64,000 bases of DNA from Dehalococcoidia bacterium. Lineage in GTDB: Bacteria > Chloroflexota > Dehalococcoidia > SHYB01. The stretch's first letter is position 1. Each line of letters opens with the position of its first letter. The notes beneath the pieces were generated by a model. It was not told the DNA's origin. It worked only from the letters and a program-made list of their open reading frames with translations, and did no database searches. The stretch lies in the NCBI GenBank assembly GCA_965248515.1, contig CBDFJU010000001.1:242592-306591 (forward strand). The letters are read 5' to 3'. Shown piece by piece: positions 10,665-20,800 of the stretch. A program made the translations under genes and the position numbers.

Positions 10665-12095
10665 TCAATCGGACAGGGGACTGGCCCCTGCTTGTCGGAC
10701 TCGTCGGCGCCAGAGCAGCCACCCTGCGAGGGCTCCCGCGGTGGTCAGCGCGCCGCCGATTCCCGCCCATAGTAGCGGGCTCGAGCCGGGGTCATCCAAG
10801 AGTGCTACAAGAGCAAACGTTGAAAGCCCCTCCTCGGATTCGGCCTGGAAACGCACCTGGCCGGAGGGGCCGTCCGCCGCGGACACTGTTTCCAGGATAC
10901 TCGCGGCCTGGTCGTCGCCAACTCGGGCGATACGGACACGACCCGCCTGCCAGCGGTCTACCCATCCAGCGTCGATTGCCAGCACAATCTCGGCCGTCAG
11001 CACGCTTGGGGCAAAGCTGGTCTTGAGCTCCACTGCCAGGCCGACTTCCACCCTATCGGCCCCGAGTTGAGAGGCCGCTCTCTCGAGAACCAACATCAGA
11101 CTGGAGTCCGCGGACCGGCCCGTGACGGTAATGTCCATGACTGACGGCACGTGGCGTAATGCCGCTGAGAAGGCAACGCCACCGGACGAGCCGGTTGTCT
11201 CGACGTCGGAAAAGTCCACGACAACCTCCACGTCCCGCACCGTCGCGCGCGCATCCCGTCCGTCTCCCTCGAGCGGGCCCAGTTGCAAAGACAAGCGTCC
11301 CTTGGAGCCTCCCCCGCGCAGAGGCAAAGTCAGCAAGCCACCCGTGCTGTCGGCGAAGGGACGCCAGCTGATCCCGCTTTCTCTATCATTGAACGCCGTG
11401 ACCTGTTGTCCGGCCAGGAGGACCAGCGGGAGAACAACGCGTTGTGGCTCCAGACCCGACCCTTCGATTCGGATCGCCGCGGGCGACACCCGGATCGGGT
11501 TCCCCGCATCACTTTCGACCGTGGTCAGATTCAAGAAAAGGGCGGAACGATCGAGGGTCAGCGACCAGGTCGCTTGTGCGCCATCAACTGCCCCTCCCGG
11601 TTGCTCTGGTTCTGTTGTCGGCACACCAGTTGGCGGGCCTGAAGTCGGGTCGCCAGGCGTCGGCCCAACGGGGGTCGGCCGATCCGGCGGCTCTTGGGTG
11701 GGCTCAACGGTTGGCCTGACCGTATTCGGGACCGTCGGTTGCAAGGAAGGCTCAACAGTTGGCTCGTCGGTGGGCTCAACTGTCGGTGCGGTCGTTGGCT
11801 CGGGCGGTGGCGACGTTGCGGAGGGTCGGGCCGGGGGAGAAGGCGGCGCGATCGGGACCGTGCTTCCTCCCTGCTGGCCGTCCTGCTGCGCGGAAACCCA
11901 AAGGTGGGGAGGGGAAGAGACGACCGCTATCCCCAACAACGGTATGCCAAGAATCAAGACCAGAAGGGCTCTCCTATGCAGGGTCCCGATGAACCTGGCG
12001 ACCTTCAGGCGGAGCCTATCGCATCTTTCTCCCAACCTACTCCGCCTCGGCCGCCGTGACCTTGATTGCCCCGTCGAACTGTCCGGCCTGGTCAC
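10665..12095 (-). CDS. membrane-anchored Pro/Thr/Glu-rich surface protein, function unknown
   Basis: N-terminal TM ALLVLILGIPLLGIAVV, a P/T/E-rich spacer and a ~280-aa domain. The C-terminus has a hydrophobic helix followed by RRRVR. The 59-nt overlap with the upstream gene disappears if TTG 12035 is the start (1 nt after the TAG, preceded by GGCGGAG). Confidence 0.6.
   Translation of the reverse strand: MTRPDSSTGQSRSRRPRRSRLGERCDRLRLKVARFIGTLHRRALLVLILGIPLLGIAVVSSPPHLWVSAQQDGQQGGSTVPIAPPSPPARPSATSPPPEPTTAPTVEPTDEPTVEPSLQPTVPNTVRPTVEPTQEPPDRPTPVGPTPGDPTSGPPTGVPTTEPEQPGGAVDGAQATWSLTLDRSALFLNLTTVESDAGNPIRVSPAAIRIEGSGLEPQRVVLPLVLLAGQQVTAFNDRESGISWRPFADSTGGLLTLPLRGGGSKGRLSLQLGPLEGDGRDARATVRDVEVVVDFSDVETTGSSGGVAFSAALRHVPSVMDITVTGRSADSSLMLVLERAASQLGADRVEVGLAVELKTSFAPSVLTAEIVLAIDAGWVDRWQAGRVRIARVGDDQAASILETVSAADGPSGQVRFQAESEEGLSTFALVALLDDPGSSPLLWAGIGGALTTAGALAGWLLWRRRVRQAGASPLSD
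11592..11861 (-). repeat. low-complexity Pro/Thr/Glu-rich coding region (aa ~79-168)
   Basis: Translates to TVPIAPPSPPARPSATSPPPEPTTAPTVEPTDEPTVEPSLQPTVPNTVRPTVEPTQEPPDRPTPVGPTPGDPTSGPPTGVPTTEPEQPG. Confidence 0.85.
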
Positions 12096-15000
12096 CGGCC
12101 ACGAACAGTCCTGTGCTGTCGATGGTCCCGGCGCGAAGGTCCTCTATGGTCCAGACTGTCGCCAGGGGCGGCAGTTCGAGACCATTCTCATCGAACCCTA
12201 CTGCTCGCAGCCGGATCGACCGGCCAGCCCCCAGCTCAAAGCGAAACGGCTCGATCTCCACGCGTTCGAGGGGGCCGTGGATGGTCAGCGTTGCGAACGC
12301 CTCGGCTGTATGGGTCTGTCCTTCCTCGTCCTGGATCAACCGGACTCGTACGGCATTCGCATACGTTCCGGGTACCTCTCCGGCGATGAAGACGCCGAGC
12401 GACGTGATTGAGCCTGCTCTCGGGTCAACCACGTCCCAAACAGCCTGGGCTGGGACCCGATTGCCGTTGAGGTCGATCCCCGCTGAGCGGAAAACGAAGC
12501 GCTGCTCGGGACTGACCGTTGCGAGCGGGGGTACGGGCAGCGCGCGCGATAGCGGGAAGCGAGGATCAGGAGGCCGCACGACCACGTCGATAACCGCTCG
12601 TGCGGACAAGGGGCTTCCCGAAGTCTGCTGAAGGGCGACCACCTCAATGGCCCCTGGGTAGCTTCCCAGTACCGCACCGGCGACGAAACTCCCAGCGCGG
12701 CGCATCCGGCCTGCTGCCGGCTCCGCCATGGCCCATTGGTATGAGACGTTGCGGATGGTCTGACCGCCTTCGTCGAAGGCTGCCGCGATAAAGTCGATCC
12801 GCTGGCCAGAGACGACGATGATCGCCCTCGGCAGTATGGCGATCCGGCTGAGCGCTCCGCGGTTGACCGTCTCGCTTATCGTGACGGACACGAAAGCGCT
12901 GCGCTCTCTCTGCATTTCTGGGTTGTCCTGCAGCGCCACCACCCGGATTGCCTCTGGATACCGGCCGGGGTTGACGGAAGCCGTGAAGAAGCCGAAGCGA
13001 TCGATACTCCCCGCTCTGCTGTCGACCACGCTCCATCGGAAGCTCACGTTGGGGGCTAACCGGCCTCGTTCGTCCCAGCCGAGAGCGCCCAGACCGGCGA
13101 ACTGTCCCGGGCGCACAGCGATCTCTGGAGGATACACAACCAGGAGGTCCAATTTCCGCGGGTCAACGTCCGTCCCGCTCAGGATATCCACCGTCGCCGA
13201 GTCGGATATTCGGACGCCGTCCGAGACAACCGATACCTGCACGGCGCCTGGATGCAGCCCGAAAGCCGAACCCGCCGTAAACAGTCCCGAAGAGCTGATT
13301 GCCCCGACCGCAGGGTCGCTCACTTGCCATTGAAGTCGTATACCCCGAAGAGGCTGACCCGCTGCATCGGCCGCCACCGCGGTGAACAGGACACGCTGTC
13401 CTGGGACAGCCGCGGCGTTGATGGGTGATACTTGCACTCGATCCACGGTGGCGCTCCCGGCTCGTGTGGTAGTGACCACGACCGACGCGAACGCGGTCTT
13501 CGCGTTCGGTCCCAAACTCTCGATCCGCTGTCGGGTCTGGTCTCCTGGAACGAGTCTCGGTGGACCGGTGCCCGGTTCCAAAATCAACCGCAGCGAGAGG
13601 TCGACGTCGAGGGTCAAAGAAAACCGGATTGATTCCGCCTCGACGGCACTTGGTGGGACGCTGGAGGTAAGGAATCGATAGCCGGTCGGAGGGGCGACAG
13701 AGATTTCCAGAGGAATCGAGATGCTCCCCGGCTGCTTCTGAACGAGGAGGTCGTAGACAAGGGAGTCCCCGTCCCGACGGACCACGTTCGGAGGGAGATC
13801 GTAAAGGAAAGCAATATTGCGGCTGTCGCCGACCCCCAGCTTGAAAAAGCCAGAGAATACAGTCTTATCGGCTTCGGCGTAGGTTCGAAAACTATCTTCG
13901 ATGTCGTTGTATCCGATCGTTCGATAGAGGGCGCCCTCGGGCATGGGGAGTGGCGACGCGTTGACGAGTTCGCTTTGGGACGGAACATAGGCCCGCAAGA
14001 GGTCCCAATAGCAGCCGTTCTTCTGCTCCTCGTAGGTTGGCCCGGCGTTCTTCACGCTTTGGGGTGGGCACGGTTCACCCGCGACTCCCTGGCTCTGATT
14101 GGTGTACAGGAGGTCGAGTCTCGCGGTTGCTTCTCCGTCGGCTCCCAAGCTCACCTGATAGTCGATGAGCTGCTCGATATTCCGGTTGACTTTGTTGAAG
14201 CCGACGTTGCTGTCGACAACCATCAGGAAGTCCCCCGGTGCGCTTTGCAGTGCGCCCGTCCACCCGTTGCGGCTCGCCATGGCCTGCAGGTCGGGGTCGT
14301 GAAAGAAGAGCAAGACGTGCTTTTCCCGCAGCCCCCGGTTCAGGGCCGACAGCAACTCGCTGAGCTTGTTGCCCGAGCCAGGGGCGCGAACACCGTCCAG
14401 CAGCGATTGGAGGACCGTGTCCATGAACAGGTGTCCCTGTTCGTCGGTGCCCGCCTCCAGCACCTCCATGTAGGTGTCCGTGTTCACCGTCGCTCCAGTT
14501 TCAAGGACAATGGGCCCAACCGCCGCGAGGATGTCCTTGACTCCCCCCTGATCGACACTGATGACTCCGTCAAGGGAGATGCCCTGACCTAGCTGGAACA
14601 TTTGTTGCATGATGCCAGCCGAGACGGGGAAGTCAGGAAGCCAGCCGGCGTCACGAAAAAGCCAAGCTCCGGCCCAGAGAGACTGGAGCAGGTCCTGCGG
14701 AGGGACTGGCGGTCCTGCGCTGAGGTCGTCGATGGCGACGGTGTCCCAAAACTGAAGCTCGAGGATTTCGCCTCGATCCAGGGTGAGGACCCAGGCCCCC
14801 GGGATGAAGCCGCCCGTCGCCCGGAGTTCATCGCTGTTCTGCGCCACGATCAGGTACGTCCGAGGCCCATCGAAACCCATGAAGCTTCGCCAGGAGCGGG
14901 CTGCGTCTTGGCCCGTTCGGGCGAGCGCCTCGAGCTTTGGTGCAATTCGCTGCGCCGCCATTACCACGCGACGGTACTCAACGGGGAGGTCTCGGCTCTC

Positions 15001-15537
15001 CAGGCGTTCCGCCGTGGCCGTCACTGGGGCGAACTGGTCCGAGGCGAGGTCGAAAAGGGGCTCGGCAGCGGTCAGGTCTTGAAGGACGGCCTCATTGAAC
15101 CGGTCGCCTCGTATGAGACTTGATCCCTGTCGGGTTGCTCTTTCCGGGGCGGCGTTCACTCCCGCCAACAGGTCACCAGAACCGCCGGCCAAATCTCTGC
15201 CGAGGTCGAGGATTGCCTGGGCGTTCCGTAGCTCGCCGCCGACCTTTGGCACCCACCCGAGGAAAGACGAAAGCGTGAGCCAGGGAGTGAGGCTATTCGA
15301 CGCCCGATCGAGCTTCGAGTCGATCTGGTCGACGGTTCCCTGTAGGGCGGTTGTATCCCTCAGGACGTCTGCCTGAAGCCCGCCGAATTGCGCCTCGAGG
15401 CTTTGCAGCGTCGCGGCGACGGCCCTGGCCTCTTTCAGGCCCTGCACCCCTCTTGCGGCGCTCCAGGGAATCAGTCCCGCCACCGTCAGCACGACCACCA
15501 TAGTCATCAGGGGCCGATTGTGAACCACTCGATGCAT
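12037..15537 (-). CDS. DUF4012 domain membrane protein with five C-terminal Ig-like (Big_2-type) repeats
   Basis: 1166 aa with an N-terminal TM MTMVVVLTVAGLIPW. The TYLIVAQNSDELRATGGFIPGAWVLTLDRGEI region matches my memory of the DUF4012 signature. The C-terminal 470 aa form five ~95-aa repeats. Confidence 0.75.
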   Translation of the reverse strand: MHRVVHNRPLMTMVVVLTVAGLIPWSAARGVQGLKEARAVAATLQSLEAQFGGLQADVLRDTTALQGTVDQIDSKLDRASNSLTPWLTLSSFLGWVPKVGGELRNAQAILDLGRDLAGGSGDLLAGVNAAPERATRQGSSLIRGDRFNEAVLQDLTAAEPLFDLASDQFAPVTATAERLESRDLPVEYRRVVMAAQRIAPKLEALARTGQDAARSWRSFMGFDGPRTYLIVAQNSDELRATGGFIPGAWVLTLDRGEILELQFWDTVAIDDLSAGPPVPPQDLLQSLWAGAWLFRDAGWLPDFPVSAGIMQQMFQLGQGISLDGVISVDQGGVKDILAAVGPIVLETGATVNTDTYMEVLEAGTDEQGHLFMDTVLQSLLDGVRAPGSGNKLSELLSALNRGLREKHVLLFFHDPDLQAMASRNGWTGALQSAPGDFLMVVDSNVGFNKVNRNIEQLIDYQVSLGADGEATARLDLLYTNQSQGVAGEPCPPQSVKNAGPTYEEQKNGCYWDLLRAYVPSQSELVNASPLPMPEGALYRTIGYNDIEDSFRTYAEADKTVFSGFFKLGVGDSRNIAFLYDLPPNVVRRDGDSLVYDLLVQKQPGSISIPLEISVAPPTGYRFLTSSVPPSAVEAESIRFSLTLDVDLSLRLILEPGTGPPRLVPGDQTRQRIESLGPNAKTAFASVVVTTTRAGSATVDRVQVSPINAAAVPGQRVLFTAVAADAAGQPLRGIRLQWQVSDPAVGAISSSGLFTAGSAFGLHPGAVQVSVVSDGVRISDSATVDILSGTDVDPRKLDLLVVYPPEIAVRPGQFAGLGALGWDERGRLAPNVSFRWSVVDSRAGSIDRFGFFTASVNPGRYPEAIRVVALQDNPEMQRERSAFVSVTISETVNRGALSRIAILPRAIIVVSGQRIDFIAAAFDEGGQTIRNVSYQWAMAEPAAGRMRRAGSFVAGAVLGSYPGAIEVVALQQTSGSPLSARAVIDVVVRPPDPRFPLSRALPVPPLATVSPEQRFVFRSAGIDLNGNRVPAQAVWDVVDPRAGSITSLGVFIAGEVPGTYANAVRVRLIQDEEGQTHTAEAFATLTIHGPLERVEIEPFRFELGAGRSIRLRAVGFDENGLELPPLATVWTIEDLRAGTIDSTGLFVAGDQAGQFDGAIKVTAAEAE
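12040..13449 (-). repeat. five tandem divergent Ig-like domain repeats (aa 697-1166 of the DUF4012 protein)
   Basis: The recurring pattern is V.P....V..GQ...F.A...D..G......V.W.V.D...G.I...G.F.AG...G.YP.AI.V. Repeat boundaries fall at aa 697, 792, 892, 994 and 1090. Confidence 0.7.
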
Positions 15538-15611
15538 GGGGCCTAGTCCGAGCGCCGGGTCAAGGTTTACCGGCGGGATTCCAGCGGTTGCCTCGCCCCT
15601 GGTGTCGAGTC

Positions 15612-15640
15612 TTGACGAAGGAGTACCAAGAAGCTACGAT
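15612..15640 (+). promoter_or_regulatory. candidate sigma70-type promoter in the divergent intergenic region (TTGACG-N17-TACGAT)
   Basis: TTGACG at 15612-15617 and TACGAT at 15635-15640 are separated by 17 nt. If this promoter is real, the kinase start is a downstream ATG (15660 or 15681). This is a pattern match only. Confidence 0.25.
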
Positions 15641-17333
15641 GACTGCTTATCATCGAGGAATGTCGAGACACGATACGCTTATGTCTGACCTGAACGCAGA
15701 CCCTTCAGAAGAGAGGTTGGACCTAAGGGCGTACTGGCACATAATCGCTCGGTGGTGGTGGCTGCTTGTGCTCGGGGGAGTGGGAGGCCTGGTAATCGGC
15801 TTTCTCCTGAGCAGCGAGCCTGTCCCGATGTACGGTGCCACGACGAAGGTCCTGATCGAGGGAGGTCAAGGCACGGGGCTCGGGGCTCCGGACCTCCAGG
15901 CGAATCGGCAACTCGCCGGATTTTATAGCGATCTCGTCGAGACGAGACTCACTCTCCAGCGGGTTGTTGAGGCCCTCGACCTCCCATATGGCGCCGGCGA
16001 ACTGGCCGACCGCCTCGAGGTTACCAGCCCCGCCACCTTTCTCGAAATTCGGGCGAGGGACGAAGACCCTCGGTTGGCGGCTGCCGTAGCCAATACAACC
16101 GCCGAGATCTTCATAGAGATCCAGACGGACCGCCAGTTCGCCCAGATAGCACGGTTCCAGGCCTCCCTGACCGAGTACGGCATTCTTCAAGACCCGGAAA
16201 TCATCGCCGGTCAGGTGGCCACGGTGCGAAACCTGAACGTGCTCGAGGAAGCCATCCCGGTTTCTTCTCCGCTGAGTAGCTCGACGCGGGTACGCGACAT
16301 AATGCTGGCGACGCTCGCCGGACTCCTGCTCGCCGGGCTGGCGGTCTTCGCGATCGAATACCTGGACGACAAGCTTCGGTCGCCCGACGACGTAAAGGCG
16401 GCAACTGGCCTTCCTGTGCTAGGTGTGGTGGCGAAGATGAGGATGTCTGACGTGTGGGCTACCGACGATCATCAGAATTCGGGCCCCATGAAGGAGGCCT
16501 TCGGTTTTGTCCGCACGAACCTAGAGTTCCTCAGCCTCGCCGAGCGGGGTGACAAGACAGCGACAATCCTCGTGACGAGCTCTGGCCCGAGCGAGGGAAA
16601 GACAACGACCTTGGTCAATCTCGGCCTAGCCATCGCTCGAGGAGATACACCCGTCCTGTTGGTAGACTGCGATCTTCGCCGGCCCTCTCTTCATCGAATG
16701 TTCGGCACGAAGAGCGAACCGGGGCTGACCAATGTAATTCTCGGCGAGTCGACCCTGGAGGACGCGGTCCTGCCAACCTCAATACCAGGTCTCCGGATCC
16801 TCAACTCCGGGACCCGTCCACCCGATCCAACCGGTCTGCTGGGTTCGACCAGGATGCGGGAGCTCATGCATGAGCTGCGGAGTTGGCCCGACACCATCAT
16901 CGTTGATAGTCCCCCCCTCCTTGTCGCCGCGGATGCCATGGTCTTGACCGCTCTCGTCGACGGCGCGGTGATGGTTGTCGATCCAAGACAAACGCGAAAA
17001 GACGTGCTGAAACAAGCGGTTCAAGACCTCAAGCAGTCAGGCTCGTTGTTCGCTGCCGTGCTGCTGAACAAGGTAGAAGCTCGCGGCTCGGGCAGCTACC
17101 GCTATGTGAACTATCGCAGCATGTATGCCCAGTCCTACTACGGTGTGGATGATCCACAACGAGCGAAGTCGAGATTGTTGTCGAGGCTTTTTCAGAGAGG
17201 GGAGCGAGCGCAAGCGCGGGGTCTCGCCCCCCAGGTCAATGGCGCTGGTCAGCCGGAAGCCGGCGCGCTTGGAGACTCGGAGGCTCCCTCACAGGAACCT
17301 CGCGAAGCCCGAAACCGACCACAGGACCGGTGA
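15639..17333 (+). CDS. polysaccharide co-polymerase / BY-type tyrosine autokinase (Wzz domain + CpsD/CapB-like kinase)
   Basis: Two TMs (WWWLLVLGGVGGLVIGFLL and MLATLAGLLLAGLAVFAI). Walker A VTSSGPSEGKTTT, Walker A' LLVDCDLRRP, Walker B IIVDSPP. Tyr cluster YRYVNYRSMYAQSYY. The start is uncertain (15588 TTG, or ATG at 15639, 15660 or 15681). Confidence 0.88.
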   Translation: MTAYHRGMSRHDTLMSDLNADPSEERLDLRAYWHIIARWWWLLVLGGVGGLVIGFLLSSEPVPMYGATTKVLIEGGQGTGLGAPDLQANRQLAGFYSDLVETRLTLQRVVEALDLPYGAGELADRLEVTSPATFLEIRARDEDPRLAAAVANTTAEIFIEIQTDRQFAQIARFQASLTEYGILQDPEIIAGQVATVRNLNVLEEAIPVSSPLSSSTRVRDIMLATLAGLLLAGLAVFAIEYLDDKLRSPDDVKAATGLPVLGVVAKMRMSDVWATDDHQNSGPMKEAFGFVRTNLEFLSLAERGDKTATILVTSSGPSEGKTTTLVNLGLAIARGDTPVLLVDCDLRRPSLHRMFGTKSEPGLTNVILGESTLEDAVLPTSIPGLRILNSGTRPPDPTGLLGSTRMRELMHELRSWPDTIIVDSPPLLVAADAMVLTALVDGAVMVVDPRQTRKDVLKQAVQDLKQSGSLFAAVLLNKVEARGSGSYRYVNYRSMYAQSYYGVDDPQRAKSRLLSRLFQRGERAQARGLAPQVNGAGQPEAGALGDSEAPSQEPREARNRPQDR

Positions 17334-17591
17334 GCCTAACGCTCTTTCGCTAGGTTGTTCGTCACGCTGCCGCGGGGCCCTCGCGGCTGCCAGCGCGTCG
17401 GGGTCCCGGCGGGTCCCGAGTCGAGCGGTGAGACCCATTGATGCGCCCCCGCGGCGTGCGTCTGCGCTGATTGGCCCCGCACCCGATGGCCGCCAATCGC
17501 GGCAAACGAGGCTGCGACACCATCGAACCGACGTCTCGCTCTCCTTTTGCCGGGGAGAGCCTATGGAACTAAGTTCCAGAACTTTATGCCT

Positions 17592-17621
17592 TTTACACCT
17601 GGCTCTGGATCTTTTCATACT
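17592..17621 (+). promoter_or_regulatory. candidate promoter (TTTACA-N18-CATACT) in the most AT-rich stretch of the window
   Basis: TTTACA at 17592-17597 and CATACT at 17616-17621, about 265 nt upstream of the peptidase ATG. This is a pattern match only. Confidence 0.2.
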
Positions 17622-17754
17622 CTCCAAGAAGCGAATCAGCGAAACCGAGGCAAGGGCGCTGATCTAACGCAAGAGTCCAGGCAGTTGGCACTCGCCGGGC
17701 CTCGAAAAAGCCGGGAAGGGCGACCACCATGTCCCTGCCAAGGCGGAGGTAGAC

Positions 17755-17790
17755 CGATGGCCGATTTCGGGAGAAGCGGCCATCGCTTTT
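17755..17790 (+). terminator. perfect 9-bp hairpin followed by a short T tract (terminator-like or leader structure)
   Basis: CGATGGCCG (17755-17763), a 13-nt loop, CGGCCATCG (17777-17785), then CTTTT. It lies in the intergenic region between the kinase and peptidase genes. Confidence 0.3.
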
Positions 17791-17886
17791 AGTCGCTCAC
17801 CCTATTCCCCCCTACGGGTGGAACGGGTTACGCCAGCGTCGGGGCCGCACCGCTCAGCCGGGGATGTGACGTCAATCTAGAGACGA

Positions 17887-20800
17887 ATGGGCAGACACGC
17901 ACATAGAGCGCTAAGAGCGACCGGGCGTCTGCTTCAGTTCGGGCAAAGCCTTTTCAAGCCCAAGCCTGCGTTTGTCGCTCTGGTGCTGGGCCTGACCATT
18001 GCCGCCGTCGCTCCAGGGGCCACGGCGGGACCGACCGCCCACGCTCAATCGGGGCCCTCCCAGAAAGACGCGCGGCTGGCAAAGATTAGCCACAACCTCA
18101 TCGCGGTCTATGACCAGCGGGTGCTCCAGCAGGAAGCGGAACTGGGACTCCCCCTAACTCCGGCGGTTCCGCAGGCAATCACGCCCGAGCGGCCGGTGGA
18201 GGTCACCCCGCCGAGTCCCTTCGTGAGGATCATCGGCGGTTTGTTGGCTATCGACGCGGTGGCCAGCGGCGATCCGGACCAACTCCTGACAGACCTCGTG
18301 AGCCTCGGCCTCACGAATGCGAGCACTTACGGGAGGATTGTCTCGGGACGGTTGCCCGTCGATGCGTTCCCAGCACTCCCCGATCTTGTCAACTTGAACT
18401 TTGCCAGACCTTCCTTGGCAACGACGAATGTGGGCTGGTGACCAGTCAAGGAGACCCGGCCATGCGCTCGGGCACGGCACGCGCTATCTTTGGCGTGGAT
18501 GGCACGGGCGTGACCGTCGGCGCGCTGTCTGACAGCTTCGACTGTCTGGCTGGCGCCGCCGCGGACGTGGTCAGCGGCGACCTCTCCCTCGTGATGGTGC
18601 TAAAGGACGAGACGGGCTGCGGCTCCGGCTCGGACGAGGGGCGCGCAACTGATCCACGACGTGGCGCCCGGAGCAGGCTTGATGTTCTACACGGCTTTCG
18701 ACAGCTTCGCCGACTTCGGAGCCGGGATCGACGCCTTGGTCGCAGCCGGCGCTGACGTCATCGTGGACGACGTGATCTACTTCGCAGAAGCGATGTTCCA
18801 GGACGACCTGATCGCGCAACGGGCCGATGCTGCCTTCGCCGCCGGCGTGCCCTACTTTTCCTCGGCGGGCAACCAGGCTCGACAGTCCTGGGAAGGCCCC
18901 TTCGTGGATAGCGGCTCCAACCAGCTGGGCGGGGACGCCCACGACTTCGACCCTTCGAATGCTGTGTTCCGTCAGCCCATCACCGTCGTTCCTTTTCGGT
19001 CCATCATCTTGGCCTTTCAGTGGGATCAGCCCCACTTCTCGATCAGCGCCGCTCCAGGATCGGCCAGCGATTACGACATCTATCTCGCGAGCGGACCGTC
19101 GATCGTCGCCTCGTTGACCGAGGCGAACCTCGGCGCTGATCCGGTCGAAGTGCTGGGCTACACAAACGGGACCGGATCCACGAAGTCCTTGGACGTCGTC
19201 ATTGTTCGAATGTCGGACGGAACTCCGTCTGGCGCCGCGGGTCTGATGAAGTACGTCGCCTTCGGTTCGATGACCATCGATGGCGTCGCCACCAATAGCA
19301 GTACGAACTACGGACACGCCAACGCCGCCGGAGCAGAGGCGGTCGGGGCTGCCTTCTACGACGACACGCCAGCCTTTGGAACGGACCCCGCCCTCCTGGA
19401 GCCCTTCTCGGCGGGGGGGGCCGACACCGATCCTCTTCGACCTGACAGGGTCACTGATCGTGGACCCGCGCGCCGACAAGCCCGAAATCGTCGCTCCCGA
19501 CGGCACGAACAACACCTTTTTCGGAGGCTCGGATCCCGAATCCGACGGCTTCCCCAACTTCTTCGGCACTTCCGCGGCGGCACCCCATGCGGCGGCGGTC
19601 GCGGCCCTTATGCTGGAGCTCGACCCGACGCTGACCTTCACTCCGGGCCTGGTCTACTCGGCGCTGGAGACCACCGCCCTCGACATGGGGGTGCCCGGCT
19701 TCGACAACGATACCGGCTTCGGACTCATCTCCGCTCCGGCGGCGTTGGCTGAGGTGGCCTTCGACCTGAAAGTCAACGGTATCGACGGCCCCCTGGGTCC
19801 CCTCGTGACGCTAACGGGGACCAGCGACATCAAACCCAGCAGGGATGTGACCCCGACTACTGTCGAGGTGCGCAACGACGGATCCGAGGACGGCCACCTT
19901 GGTATCACTTATCTGAACGTCGTGACCGGCGGGGGGATCCTTGCCGAGCCCGAGTGTACTTCCCAGGCCGGCATCTGGAACCCGACTGATTTCCCAGCCG
20001 ACCCTTGCCGCAACCCCGACGGCGTCCCTCCTGGCGGATTCGGGAGCACGCCGTTCAGTAGCGATGTCAACAATATCAACGACCTCTTCGAGATCAACGT
20101 CGAAGAGTATGACCCCTTGATCCTGACAGAGGTCGATTGCGGGCTAGCGGGCGGGACCTGGATCGATCCGCCTGGCGTCTGCCAAACGGGCGTGCTGTTA
20201 TCACCGGTTCCCCTCGGCCCCGCCTTTCCCCCGTTTGGCTCTCCGGAAACAGGGGCTGAGGGCTTTTGCTATGAGCTCGGGAATCTTACCTCGGGCGAAA
20301 CGCGGGACCTGCTCCTGACCTTCCATCTCCGTTCCATGGACAATCGATTCCAAGGCGACACGGTCAACTTCGACATCGAGTTCACCCTGCATGATCCTGA
20401 TGACTCAAGCACGCATGTGAGCGTGCCCGGCGAGGCATGTGGCGGCGGAGCCCAACCTTGGGGCGGCCTTTACGGGCACATCCTCGGCATCTTGGGCCCT
20501 ACGGGCACCATCCTGCCATTGGTGGACCCGACGCACGGTGGCCCCGAGTCGAGTACCTTTACGACCGCTGGAGCGGCATTGTCCACTTTCACCTGGTCCG
20601 AGCCGCCGGAGGACTTCGACACCCCCGTGGACTTGAACGACCCCGCCGCCTTCCAAGGCCTGATTCCGATGGTCGCTATGAACGGAATCGACGAAAAAGC
20701 GGAGACCCCGGACGCGGACTATTGGTCGGTAGGAGATGGAGCAAGCGATAGCGCGTTCAGCGTGGGCGCGTGGCTTAGAATCGCTGCCCTCTCAGGAACG

